64,000 nt of DNA, from the NCBI GenBank assembly GCA_902825865.1, contig CADECX010000006.1, positions 48,742 to 112,741 on the forward strand, given 5' to 3'. A program made the position numbers and the translations under genes. The stretch comes from an uncultured Alphaproteobacteria bacterium. GTDB taxonomy: Bacteria; Pseudomonadota; Alphaproteobacteria; Micropepsales; Micropepsaceae. Below the pieces are notes generated by a model, which was not told the DNA's origin, searched no databases, and worked only from the letters and a program-made list of their open reading frames with translations. Positions 43,961-53,241 of the stretch are shown one piece after another; positions within the stretch are counted from its first letter, which is position 1; every line of letters begins with the position of its first letter.

Positions 43961-45214
43961 ATGAGTAAGCCCCCACAAGTCGAAGGTTTTGGCGCCGCCC
44001 CGCATGAACGTCCGGTGCCGCGTATTTCCATTCATGCCTTCTGCGAATTCCCCGATACCGGGGCTGCGCTGCAGCGGGCCGGCGGCGATCGCCGTCTGTC
44101 CAAGGCGCATCTTCAGGTGCAGCTCGGCGGCGTCGATGCCGCGGTTGAGCATTACCATGGCCAGATCACGCCGAACCTGCTGGTGGTCGAGACCAAGCTG
44201 CAGGGCGAGGAAGCCCTGTTGGAGCTGGACCGGTTGGCGGAAGTCTGCGATCCCGCGACCAAGGTGGTCGTGGTCGGCCGCAGCAACGATGTCGAGCTGT
44301 ACCGCGAATTGATGCGCCGCGGCGCCTCGGAATATCTGGTGGCGCCTTTGTCGCCGCTGCAACTGATCGAAGTGATTTCCGGCCTCTATCTCGACCCCGG
44401 CGCGGCCCCGATTGGCCGCGTGGTGGCCGTGGTCGGCGCCCGCGGCGGCTCGGGTTCCTCGACCCTGTCGCACAATATCGGCTGGTGCATCGCCGAAGAA
44501 CTGCACATCAACACCACCGTCATCGATATGGACCTGGCTTTCGGCACGGTGGGCCTGGATTTCAACGACGAAGCCGGCCAGGGCATTTGCGACGCGCTCA
44601 GCGCGCCGGAACGCCTGGACGACGTGCTGCTCGACCGCTTGCTGATCAAGCGCGGCGAACATCTTTCGCTGTTCACCGCCCCCGCTCTCCTCGACCGGGA
44701 TTATGAAACCTCTCCCGATGCCTTCGAGACCGTGATCGACTCGGTGCGCCAGAACATTCCTTGCGTCATCCTGGACGTGCCGCATGGCTGGCAGCCCTGG
44801 ATCAAGGCCTCGCTCCTGGCGGCCGACGAAGTTGTGATCGTGGCGACCCCCGATCTCACCAGCCTGCGCAATGCCAAGAACATCATCGATCTGGTCAAGG
44901 CGGCCCGTCCAAACGATGCGCCGCCCCGCCTGGTGATCAACCAGGTCGGCGTGCCCAAGCGCCCGGAAATTCCGGCCAAGGACTTCGCCGAGACCATGGG
45001 CCTGGACCCCTCGGCCATCATCGCCTTCGATCCGGCCTTGTTCGGCCAGGCCGCCAACAACGGCCAGATGGTGATGGAAATGGCGCCCAAGGCTCCCGTC
45101 ACGGAGTCCTTGCGCCAGCTCTGCCGCTCGATCACCGGCCGCACCATGCAGGGTGTGACCGCCAAGAATTCTGTTTCGTTTTTCCGCTTTCTGAAGGTGA
45201 AGAAGCGGGCTTAA
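43961..45214 (+). CDS. cpaE: Pilus assembly ATPase-like protein CpaE/TadZ (receiver-like N-domain plus ParA/MinD domain)
   Basis: It has the deviant Walker A GARGGSGSSTLSHN. The N-terminal receiver-like fold includes ISIHAFCE and LLVVET. Confidence 0.88.
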   Translation: MSKPPQVEGFGAAPHERPVPRISIHAFCEFPDTGAALQRAGGDRRLSKAHLQVQLGGVDAAVEHYHGQITPNLLVVETKLQGEEALLELDRLAEVCDPATKVVVVGRSNDVELYRELMRRGASEYLVAPLSPLQLIEVISGLYLDPGAAPIGRVVAVVGARGGSGSSTLSHNIGWCIAEELHINTTVIDMDLAFGTVGLDFNDEAGQGICDALSAPERLDDVLLDRLLIKRGEHLSLFTAPALLDRDYETSPDAFETVIDSVRQNIPCVILDVPHGWQPWIKASLLAADEVVIVATPDLTSLRNAKNIIDLVKAARPNDAPPRLVINQVGVPKRPEIPAKDFAETMGLDPSAIIAFDPALFGQAANNGQMVMEMAPKAPVTESLRQLCRSITGRTMQGVTAKNSVSFFRFLKVKKRA

Positions 45215-45223
45215 GGACTTTCC

Positions 45224-46699
45224 ATGTTTGGTAAGCGTAATGCATCTGAGTCCGCCGTCGCCAAGCCCGCGCCCGCCGCGCGCGAGCCCGCTGTTGCGGC
45301 CCCGCGCGCCAACGCGGCCGCGGCTGCGGTAGCCGCCGCGCCGGCGCCCGCCGCCGCCGTTCCGCCGCCGCAAGTCGCGCCCCAGGCTTCCAAGCCCGTC
45401 GCGAAGGCGGTGACCGACAGCCGCTCGGAAGATTATTACCAGATCAAATCCACGATCTTTAATGCCCTGATCGACACCATCGATCTGGCCCAATTGGCGC
45501 AGCTCGATCCGGATTCGGCGCGCGAAGAAATCCGCGACATCGTCAACGAGATCATCTCGATCAAGGCGGTGGTGATGTCCATCGCCGAGCAGGAACATCT
45601 GCTGCAGGATATCTGCAACGACGTTCTTGGCTATGGTCCGCTGGAACCGCTGCTGGCGCGCGACGACATCGCCGATATCATGGTCAATGGCGCCAACCGG
45701 GTCTTCATCGAAGTCCAGGGCAAGGTGCAGCTCACCAATATCCGTTTCCGCGACAATGCCCAGCTGATGAACATCTGCCAGCGCATCGTGTCGCAGGTCG
45801 GCCGCCGCGTCGACGAATCCTCCCCGATTTGCGACGCGCGCCTGCTGGACGGTTCCCGCGTCAACGTCATCGGACCGCCGCTGAGCCTGGACGGCCCCAC
45901 CCTCACCATTCGTAAGTTCAAGAAAGACAAGCTGAAGCTGGAAGACCTGGTCAAATTCGGCTCCATCAGCCCGGATGCGGCGCGGGTGCTGCAGGTGATC
46001 GGCCGCTGCCGCTGCAACATCCTGATTTCCGGCGGTACCGGTTCGGGCAAGACCACGCTCTTGAACTGTATGACCGCCTATATCGATACCGAGGAACGCG
46101 TCATCACCTGCGAAGACGCCGCCGAACTTCAGCTGCAGCAGCCGCATGTGGTGCGGCTCGAAACCCGCCCACCCAACCTGGAAGGTCAGGGCATGATCTC
46201 GATGCGCGACCTGGTCAGGAACTGTCTGCGTATGCGCCCCGAACGCATCATCGTGGGCGAAGTGCGCGGACCCGAGGCGTTCGACTTGCTGCAGGCGATG
46301 AACACCGGCCATGACGGCTCGATGGGCACGCTGCACGCCAACTCCCCGCGCGAAGCCATGGGCCGTCTGGAATCCATGATCACCATGGGCGGCTTTTCGC
46401 TGCCGATGAAGACCATCCGCGAGATGATCGTCGGCTCCATCGACATCATCATCCAGGCCGAGCGCATGCGCGACGGTTCGCGCCGCATCACCAAGGTCAC
46501 CGAAGTGATCGGCACCGAAGGCGATGTCGTGATTACCCAGGATCTGGTGTCTTACGAGATCACCGGCGAGGACGAGAACGGCAAGCTGCGCGGCAAGCAT
46601 GTCGGCACCGGCGTGGTGCGGCCCAATTTCTGGGAGCGCGCCCGCTATTATAATCTTGAAAAAGAGCTCGCCGACGCGCTCGACAAGGTCAATCAATGA
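45224..46699 (+). CDS. cpaF: Pilus assembly secretion ATPase CpaF/TadA
   Basis: Walker A is GGTGSGKTTLLN. The blocks RPERIIVGEVRG and MNTGHDGSMGTLHANS are present, and the N-terminal extension is Ala/Pro-rich. Confidence 0.95.
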   Translation: MFGKRNASESAVAKPAPAAREPAVAAPRANAAAAAVAAAPAPAAAVPPPQVAPQASKPVAKAVTDSRSEDYYQIKSTIFNALIDTIDLAQLAQLDPDSAREEIRDIVNEIISIKAVVMSIAEQEHLLQDICNDVLGYGPLEPLLARDDIADIMVNGANRVFIEVQGKVQLTNIRFRDNAQLMNICQRIVSQVGRRVDESSPICDARLLDGSRVNVIGPPLSLDGPTLTIRKFKKDKLKLEDLVKFGSISPDAARVLQVIGRCRCNILISGGTGSGKTTLLNCMTAYIDTEERVITCEDAAELQLQQPHVVRLETRPPNLEGQGMISMRDLVRNCLRMRPERIIVGEVRGPEAFDLLQAMNTGHDGSMGTLHANSPREAMGRLESMITMGGFSLPMKTIREMIVGSIDIIIQAERMRDGSRRITKVTEVIGTEGDVVITQDLVSYEITGEDENGKLRGKHVGTGVVRPNFWERARYYNLEKELADALDKVNQ

Positions 46700-47667
46700 T
46701 CTTTCTGGTCGGCATTCTGTTCGCGCTCGCGCTTGGCGGCGCGGCATTCGCATTTACCGGCGGCGACGAAGTCACCCAGAAGCGGGTCGCCGCGGTGGCC
46801 AAGCCGGGCGGCAAAGCGCGCGGCGGCACGGGCAACCCGGCCCAGGATGCTGCCCTGAAGCGCAAGAATGTCGCGGTCATGCTCAAGGACGTGGAGAAAA
46901 ACCGCGCCGCCAAGAAGGAGCGGCCCACCATGCGCCGCCGGCTGGAACAGGCCGGCTTCCCCAAGGCCAGCCCGCGCACCTTCTGGATCATCTGCGGCAT
47001 CGCCGCCTGTTTCGCCGCCGGTATCGCCATCCTGACCCGTCAGAGCGCCCTGGTGATCGCGCTGTCGATCTTCACCGTCGGCCTGGGCCTGCCGCGCTGG
47101 GTGCTGGGCTTCCTCACAAACCGCCGCAAGAAGAAATTCACGGAAAACTTCGCCACCGCCATCGACGTGATCGTGCGTTCGGTGCGGTCGGGCCTGCCCA
47201 CCAACGAAGCGCTGCGCATCGTGGCGCGGGAAATTCCCAACCCGGTGGGCAGCGAATTCCATGCCCTGACCGAAAGCATGAAGGTCGGCGTCACCCTGGA
47301 TCAGGGGCTTAAGCGCATGATGGAGTCCATGCCCACCGCGGAAGTGGGCTTTTTCGCCATCGTCATGACCATTCAAAGCAAGTCGGGCGGCAATCTGTCC
47401 GAGGCCCTGGGCAACCTGGCGGCCGTGCTGCGCGACCGCAAAAGGCTGCAAGGCAAGATCCGGGCGATGTCGTCGGAAGCCAAGGCCAGCGCCATGATCA
47501 TCGGTTCGCTGCCGCCCGGCGTCATGGGCATCGTCTATCTGACCACGCCCGCCTATATCGCCAAGCTGTTTACCGAACGCGCCGGCAACCTGATGCTGGC
47601 GGGCTGCGTCATCTGGATGACCCTGGGCATCATGGTGATGCGCAAGATGATCAATTTCAAGCACTAG
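46696..47667 (+). CDS. tadB: Flp pilus assembly inner-membrane protein TadB
   Basis: It has a T2SS-F-like domain (FATAIDVIVRSVRSGLP). A 4-nt overlap links it to cpaF. Confidence 0.88.
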   Translation: MIFLVGILFALALGGAAFAFTGGDEVTQKRVAAVAKPGGKARGGTGNPAQDAALKRKNVAVMLKDVEKNRAAKKERPTMRRRLEQAGFPKASPRTFWIICGIAACFAAGIAILTRQSALVIALSIFTVGLGLPRWVLGFLTNRRKKKFTENFATAIDVIVRSVRSGLPTNEALRIVAREIPNPVGSEFHALTESMKVGVTLDQGLKRMMESMPTAEVGFFAIVMTIQSKSGGNLSEALGNLAAVLRDRKRLQGKIRAMSSEAKASAMIIGSLPPGVMGIVYLTTPAYIAKLFTERAGNLMLAGCVIWMTLGIMVMRKMINFKH

Positions 47668-47679
47668 GCGGCTGGCTCC

Positions 47680-48648
47680 ATGAACACCATCATGAACCTG
47701 CTGTTCGACAAAGACTTCCTGGTCATGGTCTTTGTCGGAATCCTGGCCTTCGCCACGGTTCTGACCCTGGGCATTCCCTATCTGGAAGGCAACGGCCTCA
47801 ACGAGCGCCTCAAATCCGTGGCCGCCCGGCGCGAGGAATTACGCGCCAAGCATCACGCCGCCTTGAATTCCAAACGCGCCAGCCTGCGTGTCGAGCCTGT
47901 GTCCTACATGAAGGCGACCTTGGACCGCTTCAAGCTGGGCAACATGCTGGAGAGCGAGAATACCCGCGAGAAACTGTCCAGCGCGGGTTATCGCGGCCAG
48001 GCGCCGGTCATCACCTTCATGTTTTTCCGCTTTGTGATGCCGTTCGTCCTGTTCGCGGTGGTTCTGTTCTACCTGTTCGTGGTGCTGCATCTGGGCTGGT
48101 CGCCGCTGCAAAAGGTCGGCGCCGCCTTTGTCGGCGCCCTGATCGGCTTCTATGCCCCGGACATGTTCGTCAACAATATGATCGCGCGCCGCCAGCAATC
48201 GATCATGCGCGCCTTCCCCGACGCGCTGGACTTGATGCTGATCTGCGTGGAATCCGGCATGTCGATCGAAAGCGCTTTCACCCGCGTCGCCGGCGAAATC
48301 GGCTCGCAGTCGGCCGAGCTGGCCGAGGAACTGGCGCTTACCACCGCCGAACTCAGCTATCTGCCCGACCGCCGCCAGGCCTTCGACAATCTGGCCAAGC
48401 GTTGCGGCCATTCCGGCGTCAAGGCGGTGGCCACCGCCCTCAACCAGGCCGAGAAATACGGTACGCCGCTGGGCCAGGCGCTGCGCGTCACCGCCACCGA
48501 AAACCGCGAAATGCGCATGCAGGAAGCCGAACGCAAGGCGGCCTCGCTGCCTGCCAAGCTGACGGTTCCGATGATTATCTTTTTCCTGCCGTGTCTGTTC
48601 GTCGTCATCATGGGCCCGGCCATCATCACAATTAAGAAAATGATGTAG
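47680..48648 (+). CDS. tadC: Flp pilus assembly inner-membrane protein TadC
   Basis: It has a T2SS-F-like domain (FPDALDLMLICVESGMSIESAF). It follows tadB. Confidence 0.88.
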   Translation: MNTIMNLLFDKDFLVMVFVGILAFATVLTLGIPYLEGNGLNERLKSVAARREELRAKHHAALNSKRASLRVEPVSYMKATLDRFKLGNMLESENTREKLSSAGYRGQAPVITFMFFRFVMPFVLFAVVLFYLFVVLHLGWSPLQKVGAAFVGALIGFYAPDMFVNNMIARRQQSIMRAFPDALDLMLICVESGMSIESAFTRVAGEIGSQSAELAEELALTTAELSYLPDRRQAFDNLAKRCGHSGVKAVATALNQAEKYGTPLGQALRVTATENREMRMQEAERKAASLPAKLTVPMIIFFLPCLFVVIMGPAIITIKKMM

Positions 48649-48656
48649 CGCGGGTC

Positions 48657-48734
48657 TTTTGGGCCCTCAGTGCGTCGCGCGTGCTCACGTGCGTTAAGCA
48701 CGCTCCGCGCGCGCTCCTGCTGAGGTCCCAAAAT
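48657..48734. repeat. 78-bp imperfect palindrome (REP-like) downstream of tadC
   Basis: The outer arms are TTTTGGGCCCTCAG ... CTGAGGTCCCAAAA. The inner hairpin GCGTGCT...AGCACGC resembles the GCGTGCGCAAGCACGC core at 31290..31305. Confidence 0.6.
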
Positions 48735-49000
48735 CCCTCGCGCTGAGCTTCCTGCCAAATGATGAGCGGCCGCGGCAACAAGTTCCGCGCGTTGCCACGC
48801 TGTCGCTAGAAACCCTGCTCACGCCGTACCCTCGCGCCGTTCTACCTAAGCGGGTATTCGGTCCGGACCGCCCGCAACCTCTTCGACGTCAGAATCCTCA
48901 AGGCCACATTTTCGCCGCACGAACGCATCGAAAGTTCCGTCTTTGTCGGTGCGACTCCAATCGGTATGGTTGACGGCCTCCTTGAGCCTGGGATCACAAA

Positions 49001-50203
49001 GTGCCCATAGAATCCGATTCCATTTTAAGTGGCGGCGAGGCGGGCGGCCCCTCATTTTCCGATATCTCGTTGCAAAACGAACGAGCCCTGTGGTGGGCGG
49101 AATTTGATAGCGTTGGCGAAGAAGCGGTTCGCGGCTATGTCGAGCGCAATTCCTATACCCCGACGGGAATGGAGATCGCGCGCCAATGGCTTGCACGGCG
49201 CGAGTTTCTTCAATTGCGTGAGGAGGTGCAGTCCATCAGGGCGCTGGTGGAACAGTCACAAGGAACTGCTTCTGAGTCCCCCAGGAATGCACCGGAAGCA
49301 TTGACGCTGGCCGGCCAGGTCGATGCCAATAGTCGTGCCATTGTCGAAATCGCGGCCAGTGCAAAAAAAAGCGCTCGCACAATGGTCTTTGTTGGAACGG
49401 TAGCGTCTCTTTTCGCTCTATGCGCAATCGTGATGGTGCTTGCGTCTTCGCGGCAAGTCCCGCCCAACACCAAACAGGCATCCGCGCAGCCATCCCGTCC
49501 AAAACAAGCCGTCGTGCAACCCCTGCCCCCCGCAGTGCTGCCCGCGGAAACACAGCAAGCCTCGGCAATTCCGCCGGAAAATGCCCAGCAGCCGCCCAAC
49601 GCACCTCAGATCGATTCCCCTGACCTTAAACCGGAAGGCCAATCCTTGGCGCAAACACGGCAAGCGGTCACGCCGGAAAGCGCCCACGAGAAGCAGCCGT
49701 CCAACCCAGCCCAAATCAATTCCCCCGATCTGAAACCGGAAGGCCAATCATTGGCAGGGGCCCTGGCGCTGATCGCAGACAAAGTGGGTGGCGAAGGCGC
49801 GATCAATTTTACGGCGCAGTTCCACGATATGGCCACTGGCCGCGGCCATACCGAGCAGCTTTCATACCAAGCCAGCAATGTGACCATCGATCCGAATCGA
49901 TGCCGGGTGGGATACCGCTGGCATATGGAACAGGATGGAAGAACAGTGTCCGATCAGGATCACACGATCGACCTTCGCCTTGCCAAGGACATAAGGGTGA
50001 CGTCGATCGATGCTGAAGCCGGCCGCCGTTTTTCTGTGCGCGCCAACCCAAAGGTCCATATTGTGCACATTGCGCGGTGGGACAACGCGTCAGGGGACAA
50101 TCTATATTTCCGCGACAGGGACATGGCCGCGCGGGTCGGCACGGCCGCCAGGCATGCCGTGGAGTTGTGTGACAATGGGGAGCAACAAGTCCGGCGTCAG
50201 TAG
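49001..50203 (+). CDS. Hypothetical bitopic membrane protein with a Pro/Gln-rich linker and an internal 2x repeat (AT-richer gene)
   Basis: GTG start. It has a cytoplasmic N-domain and one TM helix (MVFVGTVASLFALCAIVMVLA). The linker contains QIDSPDLKPEGQSLAQ and QINSPDLKPEGQSLAG. A ~140-aa C-domain follows. I recognise no family. Confidence 0.6.
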   Translation: MPIESDSILSGGEAGGPSFSDISLQNERALWWAEFDSVGEEAVRGYVERNSYTPTGMEIARQWLARREFLQLREEVQSIRALVEQSQGTASESPRNAPEALTLAGQVDANSRAIVEIAASAKKSARTMVFVGTVASLFALCAIVMVLASSRQVPPNTKQASAQPSRPKQAVVQPLPPAVLPAETQQASAIPPENAQQPPNAPQIDSPDLKPEGQSLAQTRQAVTPESAHEKQPSNPAQINSPDLKPEGQSLAGALALIADKVGGEGAINFTAQFHDMATGRGHTEQLSYQASNVTIDPNRCRVGYRWHMEQDGRTVSDQDHTIDLRLAKDIRVTSIDAEAGRRFSVRANPKVHIVHIARWDNASGDNLYFRDRDMAARVGTAARHAVELCDNGEQQVRRQ

Positions 50204-50220
50204 CCAACGAATTCCAAAAC

Positions 50221-50255
50221 AAAAAAGGCGCGGGATGTGATCCCGCGCCTTTTTC
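50221..50255. terminator. Bidirectional rho-independent terminator
   Basis: AAAAAAGGCGCGGGA-TGTGA-TCCCGCGCCTTTTTC lies between two convergent genes. Confidence 0.8.
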
Positions 50256-50274
50256 ATCTGATAGGTTGGTTGGC

Positions 50275-51981
50275 TCAATAAGCGTTGGCGCTGAGGCGCA
50301 GGCCGGGGATCGTGTCCTTGGACTGGGCCACGGCCTTGACCACCGGCTTGCCGTCGGCGGGTTTGGTGGTCGAGGCCAGAACCTTGGGCGCGGCTTCCGG
50401 CTTGTCGGCGGCCTTTGCCGGGGCCGGCGCGGCCATCTTCACGGTGACCGAAGCGGTGGCGGGCTTTTGGGCTTCCGCTGCTTTCACAGGCGCAGGCACC
50501 GTGGCCTTGGCGGTGGCAACGGGAGCGGCCGCAGGCGTGGTGGAAACAGGCTTGGCATCGGCGGCCTTCACGGGCGCAGGCACGGTCGCCTTGGCCGTCG
50601 CAACAGGTGCGGGCACCGGCGCGGCTGGCACAGTCGCCTTGGCGGTCGCCACCGGGGCAGTGGCCGTGGCGGCAGGTCCGGCAATCTTGAACACAGGCAT
50701 TGCCACCTTGTCGGCCGTCGGCGCGACCAAGTTGACCACGGGCGCTTCAACGGGCTTGAGCTCGGCCGACTTTACAGGGACAGGCATCAGCGGCGCTTCA
50801 GCAGGCTTGGCTTGCAACGGACGCGGCGCAGCGGTGGCGACGACGGGCGCGCCAGCAGGCTTGGGCGCGACAGGGCCGGCCAGCGGATCTACCGGCACCT
50901 TCTGCATCACCACGCGATTTTCGCTCGGCACGACGGGCTGCGCACTGGCCACGGCAACGGGAGCCTTGGGCGTGGTGCCGGCAACGGGAGCAGGCGCGGC
51001 AACGGTCGGCTGCGTGCTGGCCACGGCAACGGGAGCCTTCGGTGCGATGCTGGCAACGGGAGCAGGCGCGGCAACAGTCGGCTGCGTGCTTGCAACGGCA
51101 ACGGTGGCCTTGGGCGCGGTGCTGGCAATAGGAGCAGGCGCGGAAACCGTCGGCTGCGTACTTGCGACGGCAACAGGCGCCTTGGGCGCGGTGCTGGCAA
51201 CGGGAGCAGGCGCGGCAACCGGGACCGGCGGAAGGCTTGCGACCGCAACAGGGGCCTGCGGCGCGGCTTGGGGAGCAGGCGCAGGCGCTTGCGCCACTTG
51301 CGGTGCGGCGGATTCCGGCGCGAGCGAGCGCACCATCGCGATATTGCGGTTGATGACGGCATCGCCGGCGCCGCCGGCTTTTTCGGCGCGGGCGGCAAGC
51401 TTGCGGGCCATCTCAGGATCCTTGGCCAGCATGCGCGAAAGTGCGTAGTTGCTGAGCACGCTGGGCTCTTCCGGCTTGAGCTTCAAGGCCTGTTCGTAAC
51501 TGGCCTGGGCGTTGGCGTGATCGCTGGTCTGGTCGTAAGCCACGCCCAGCGCCGAATAGACCGTCCAGTCGTTCGGCTGCAACTGCTGGGCGCGGGTCAG
51601 GAAGTTCACCGCATCGGAAGCGCGGCCCATCGAGGCCAGCGTCTTGCCATACTCAGCGATCACGCGCGGATCGTCGGACGCCACCATCATCACCTGGGAA
51701 AGATGCTTGATGGCTTCGGGATAGGCGCCGGCCAGGCGCAGCAATCGCGCTTGCTGAATACTGTCGTCCAGAGTGAACGCGGGCAGCGCCGCATCCTTGG
51801 CATCCGCCTTGGCGCCGGACTTGGCGCCGGACTGGGCGTCCGCTTTCGCATTGGTCTTGGTATCCGCTTTGGCGGCGGGCTTGGAGTCGAAGTCGAACCA
51901 TCCAGCCTGTGCGGGCACGGCGATGGCGCCGAGCATGAGCAGCGCAGCCAAAGGAGCTTTACGGATCGCGGAAACAGCCAT
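50275..51981 (-). CDS. TPR-repeat protein (TadD-like N-terminal half) with a long Ala/Pro/Val-rich repetitive C-terminal half
   Basis: The start is likely at MAVSAIRKAPLAALLMLGAIAVPAQA (signal peptide). TPR-like helices span residues ~80-210. 24-aa tandem repeats and APVATAKATVPA-type repeats follow. Confidence 0.8.
   Translation of the reverse strand: MAVSAIRKAPLAALLMLGAIAVPAQAGWFDFDSKPAAKADTKTNAKADAQSGAKSGAKADAKDAALPAFTLDDSIQQARLLRLAGAYPEAIKHLSQVMMVASDDPRVIAEYGKTLASMGRASDAVNFLTRAQQLQPNDWTVYSALGVAYDQTSDHANAQASYEQALKLKPEEPSVLSNYALSRMLAKDPEMARKLAARAEKAGGAGDAVINRNIAMVRSLAPESAAPQVAQAPAPAPQAAPQAPVAVASLPPVPVAAPAPVASTAPKAPVAVASTQPTVSAPAPIASTAPKATVAVASTQPTVAAPAPVASIAPKAPVAVASTQPTVAAPAPVAGTTPKAPVAVASAQPVVPSENRVVMQKVPVDPLAGPVAPKPAGAPVVATAAPRPLQAKPAEAPLMPVPVKSAELKPVEAPVVNLVAPTADKVAMPVFKIAGPAATATAPVATAKATVPAAPVPAPVATAKATVPAPVKAADAKPVSTTPAAAPVATAKATVPAPVKAAEAQKPATASVTVKMAAPAPAKAADKPEAAPKVLASTTKPADGKPVVKAVAQSKDTIPGLRLSANAY
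50932..51264 (-). repeat. In-frame ~72-bp tandem repeats (about 4.5 units) within the TPR gene
   Basis: The protein units are APKAPVAVASTQPTVSAPAPIAST, APKATVAVASTQPTVAAPAPVASI and APKAPVAVASTQPTVAAPAPVAGT, plus degenerate flanking units. The DNA units begin GGCTGCGTGCT on the plus strand. Confidence 0.8.
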
Positions 51982-52209
51982 GGGGGCAGCCTTCAAAGAG
52001 ATGCTTCCGCGACTGTGCCAGCCCCCCAGTCAACAAACCCTTAAGTATATCCGCGCATATGGAAGCAGTACCGACTCGGTTATATGCTCACGCGAATTGC
52101 CGCGAGTTGCCCATGCGTCTTTCATCCGCACCGCCTTTGCGCAGCCACAGCTCTTTCCATTCTGTTAATGCCTCACTGTTGACGTAAACAAAGGATTAAC
52201 TCTCACGTC

Positions 52210-53241
52210 ATGTCCGAGCGCTTCCTGGCCATAGCCGCTCTTGTTGCCTTTGTCGTGCTGGTGATGGGCGCGTTGCTGACGGGCGGCAATCTGGGCATGA
52301 CCGATTCCGCACCCGTGCGGGTTTCCTTCCAGATCGCCACCGGCTCCACCGAGGGCGTCTATTTTCCCGTCGGCCAAACCATGGCGGGGCTGATCAGCCA
52401 CCCCCTGGGCGTGGGGCGCTGCGACACCGCCACGGTCTGCGGTCCGGCCGGGGTGATCTTGTCGGCCCGCACCAGCGAGGGCACGACCGACAATCTGCGC
52501 TCGGTCAATCAGGGCGTGGTGGATTCCGGCTTCGCCGACGGCGATGCGATCGCCGCCGCGGTTGCGGGCAAGGGCGCTTTCCGCCGCCCGGCTCGCAATT
52601 TAAGGGTGATCGCGGCGCTGTTTCCGGAAGAGGCGCATTTGGTCGTGTCCGCCAAATCCAGTATCCAGTCGGTTTCCGACCTGCGCGGCAAACGGGTGTT
52701 GATGGGACTGCCCAACAGCGTGTCGCTGCTGCGCGCGCGCACCATCCTTTCGGCCTATCGGCTGCGGGTGCGCGAAGTGGTTTCCGATCAAACCGGGGCG
52801 CAGCTTCTGAAAAGCGGCAAGATCGATGCCTATTTCGCCGTCGCCGGCGTGCCGCTCGATTCAATCCGGGACCTGCTTGCAAATCACCAGGCCCGTCTGG
52901 TGCCGATCGACGGCGAAGGCCGCGACCGGCTGGTTCAGATGATGCCGCAGCTTACACCCGCCACCATCCAGAGGGACGCCTATCCCGGCACCGGGCCGGT
53001 CGAAACCGTTTCGACCCGCGCCTATTGGGTGACCCGCGACACCGAACCGGATTCGTTGATCTATGGCCTCACCCGGGCGCTGTATCATCCGGCCAATCGC
53101 GCAGCCCTGGCGGCCAGCCATCCCAGCGCGCGGGATTTTGGATTGCATATTGCCGCTACCAGTCCGGGTGCGCCGCTGCATCCCGGCGCGATGCGTTTCT
53201 ATCGCGAACTGGAAAAGGCCGGGACGGATCCCAACCTTTAA
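52210..53241 (+). CDS. TAXI-family TRAP-type solute-binding protein (no permease adjacent)
   Basis: It has an N-terminal anchor or signal. The blocks ATGSTEGVYFPVGQ and SEGTTDNLRSVNQGVVDSGF, and the C-terminal PLHPGAMRFYRE, are typical of TAXI/NMT1-like receptors. Confidence 0.8.
   Translation: MSERFLAIAALVAFVVLVMGALLTGGNLGMTDSAPVRVSFQIATGSTEGVYFPVGQTMAGLISHPLGVGRCDTATVCGPAGVILSARTSEGTTDNLRSVNQGVVDSGFADGDAIAAAVAGKGAFRRPARNLRVIAALFPEEAHLVVSAKSSIQSVSDLRGKRVLMGLPNSVSLLRARTILSAYRLRVREVVSDQTGAQLLKSGKIDAYFAVAGVPLDSIRDLLANHQARLVPIDGEGRDRLVQMMPQLTPATIQRDAYPGTGPVETVSTRAYWVTRDTEPDSLIYGLTRALYHPANRAALAASHPSARDFGLHIAATSPGAPLHPGAMRFYRELEKAGTDPNL

Noticed and set aside
43703-46753. A 1016-aa ORF on the minus strand. 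Similar very long ORFs include 22277..24328(+), 50266..52044(+), 21099..22403(+), 1034..2938(+), 13727..14704(-) and 55169..56152(-).
   Set aside because: Their translations are Arg/Gly/Ala/His-rich low-complexity strings with no recognisable motifs. Each lies exactly antisense to a gene with clear family signatures (cpaE/cpaF, amtB, the TPR gene and so on). These are typical stop-poor shadow frames of high-GC DNA.
48846-49196. A 116-aa minus-strand ORF overlapping the start of the 400-aa gene.
   Set aside because: The N-terminal two thirds is Arg-rich shadow sequence opposite a protein-like plus-strand frame. The more natural-looking last ~50 codons have no in-frame start codon downstream of the overlap. 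It could be a gene fragment, but that is unsupported.
50932-51264. Regular ~72-bp direct repeats, considered as a possible CRISPR-like array.
   Set aside because: The units are contiguous with no unique spacers. They stay in frame and encode a 24-aa Ala/Pro/Val repeat of the TPR protein. There are no cas genes in the window.
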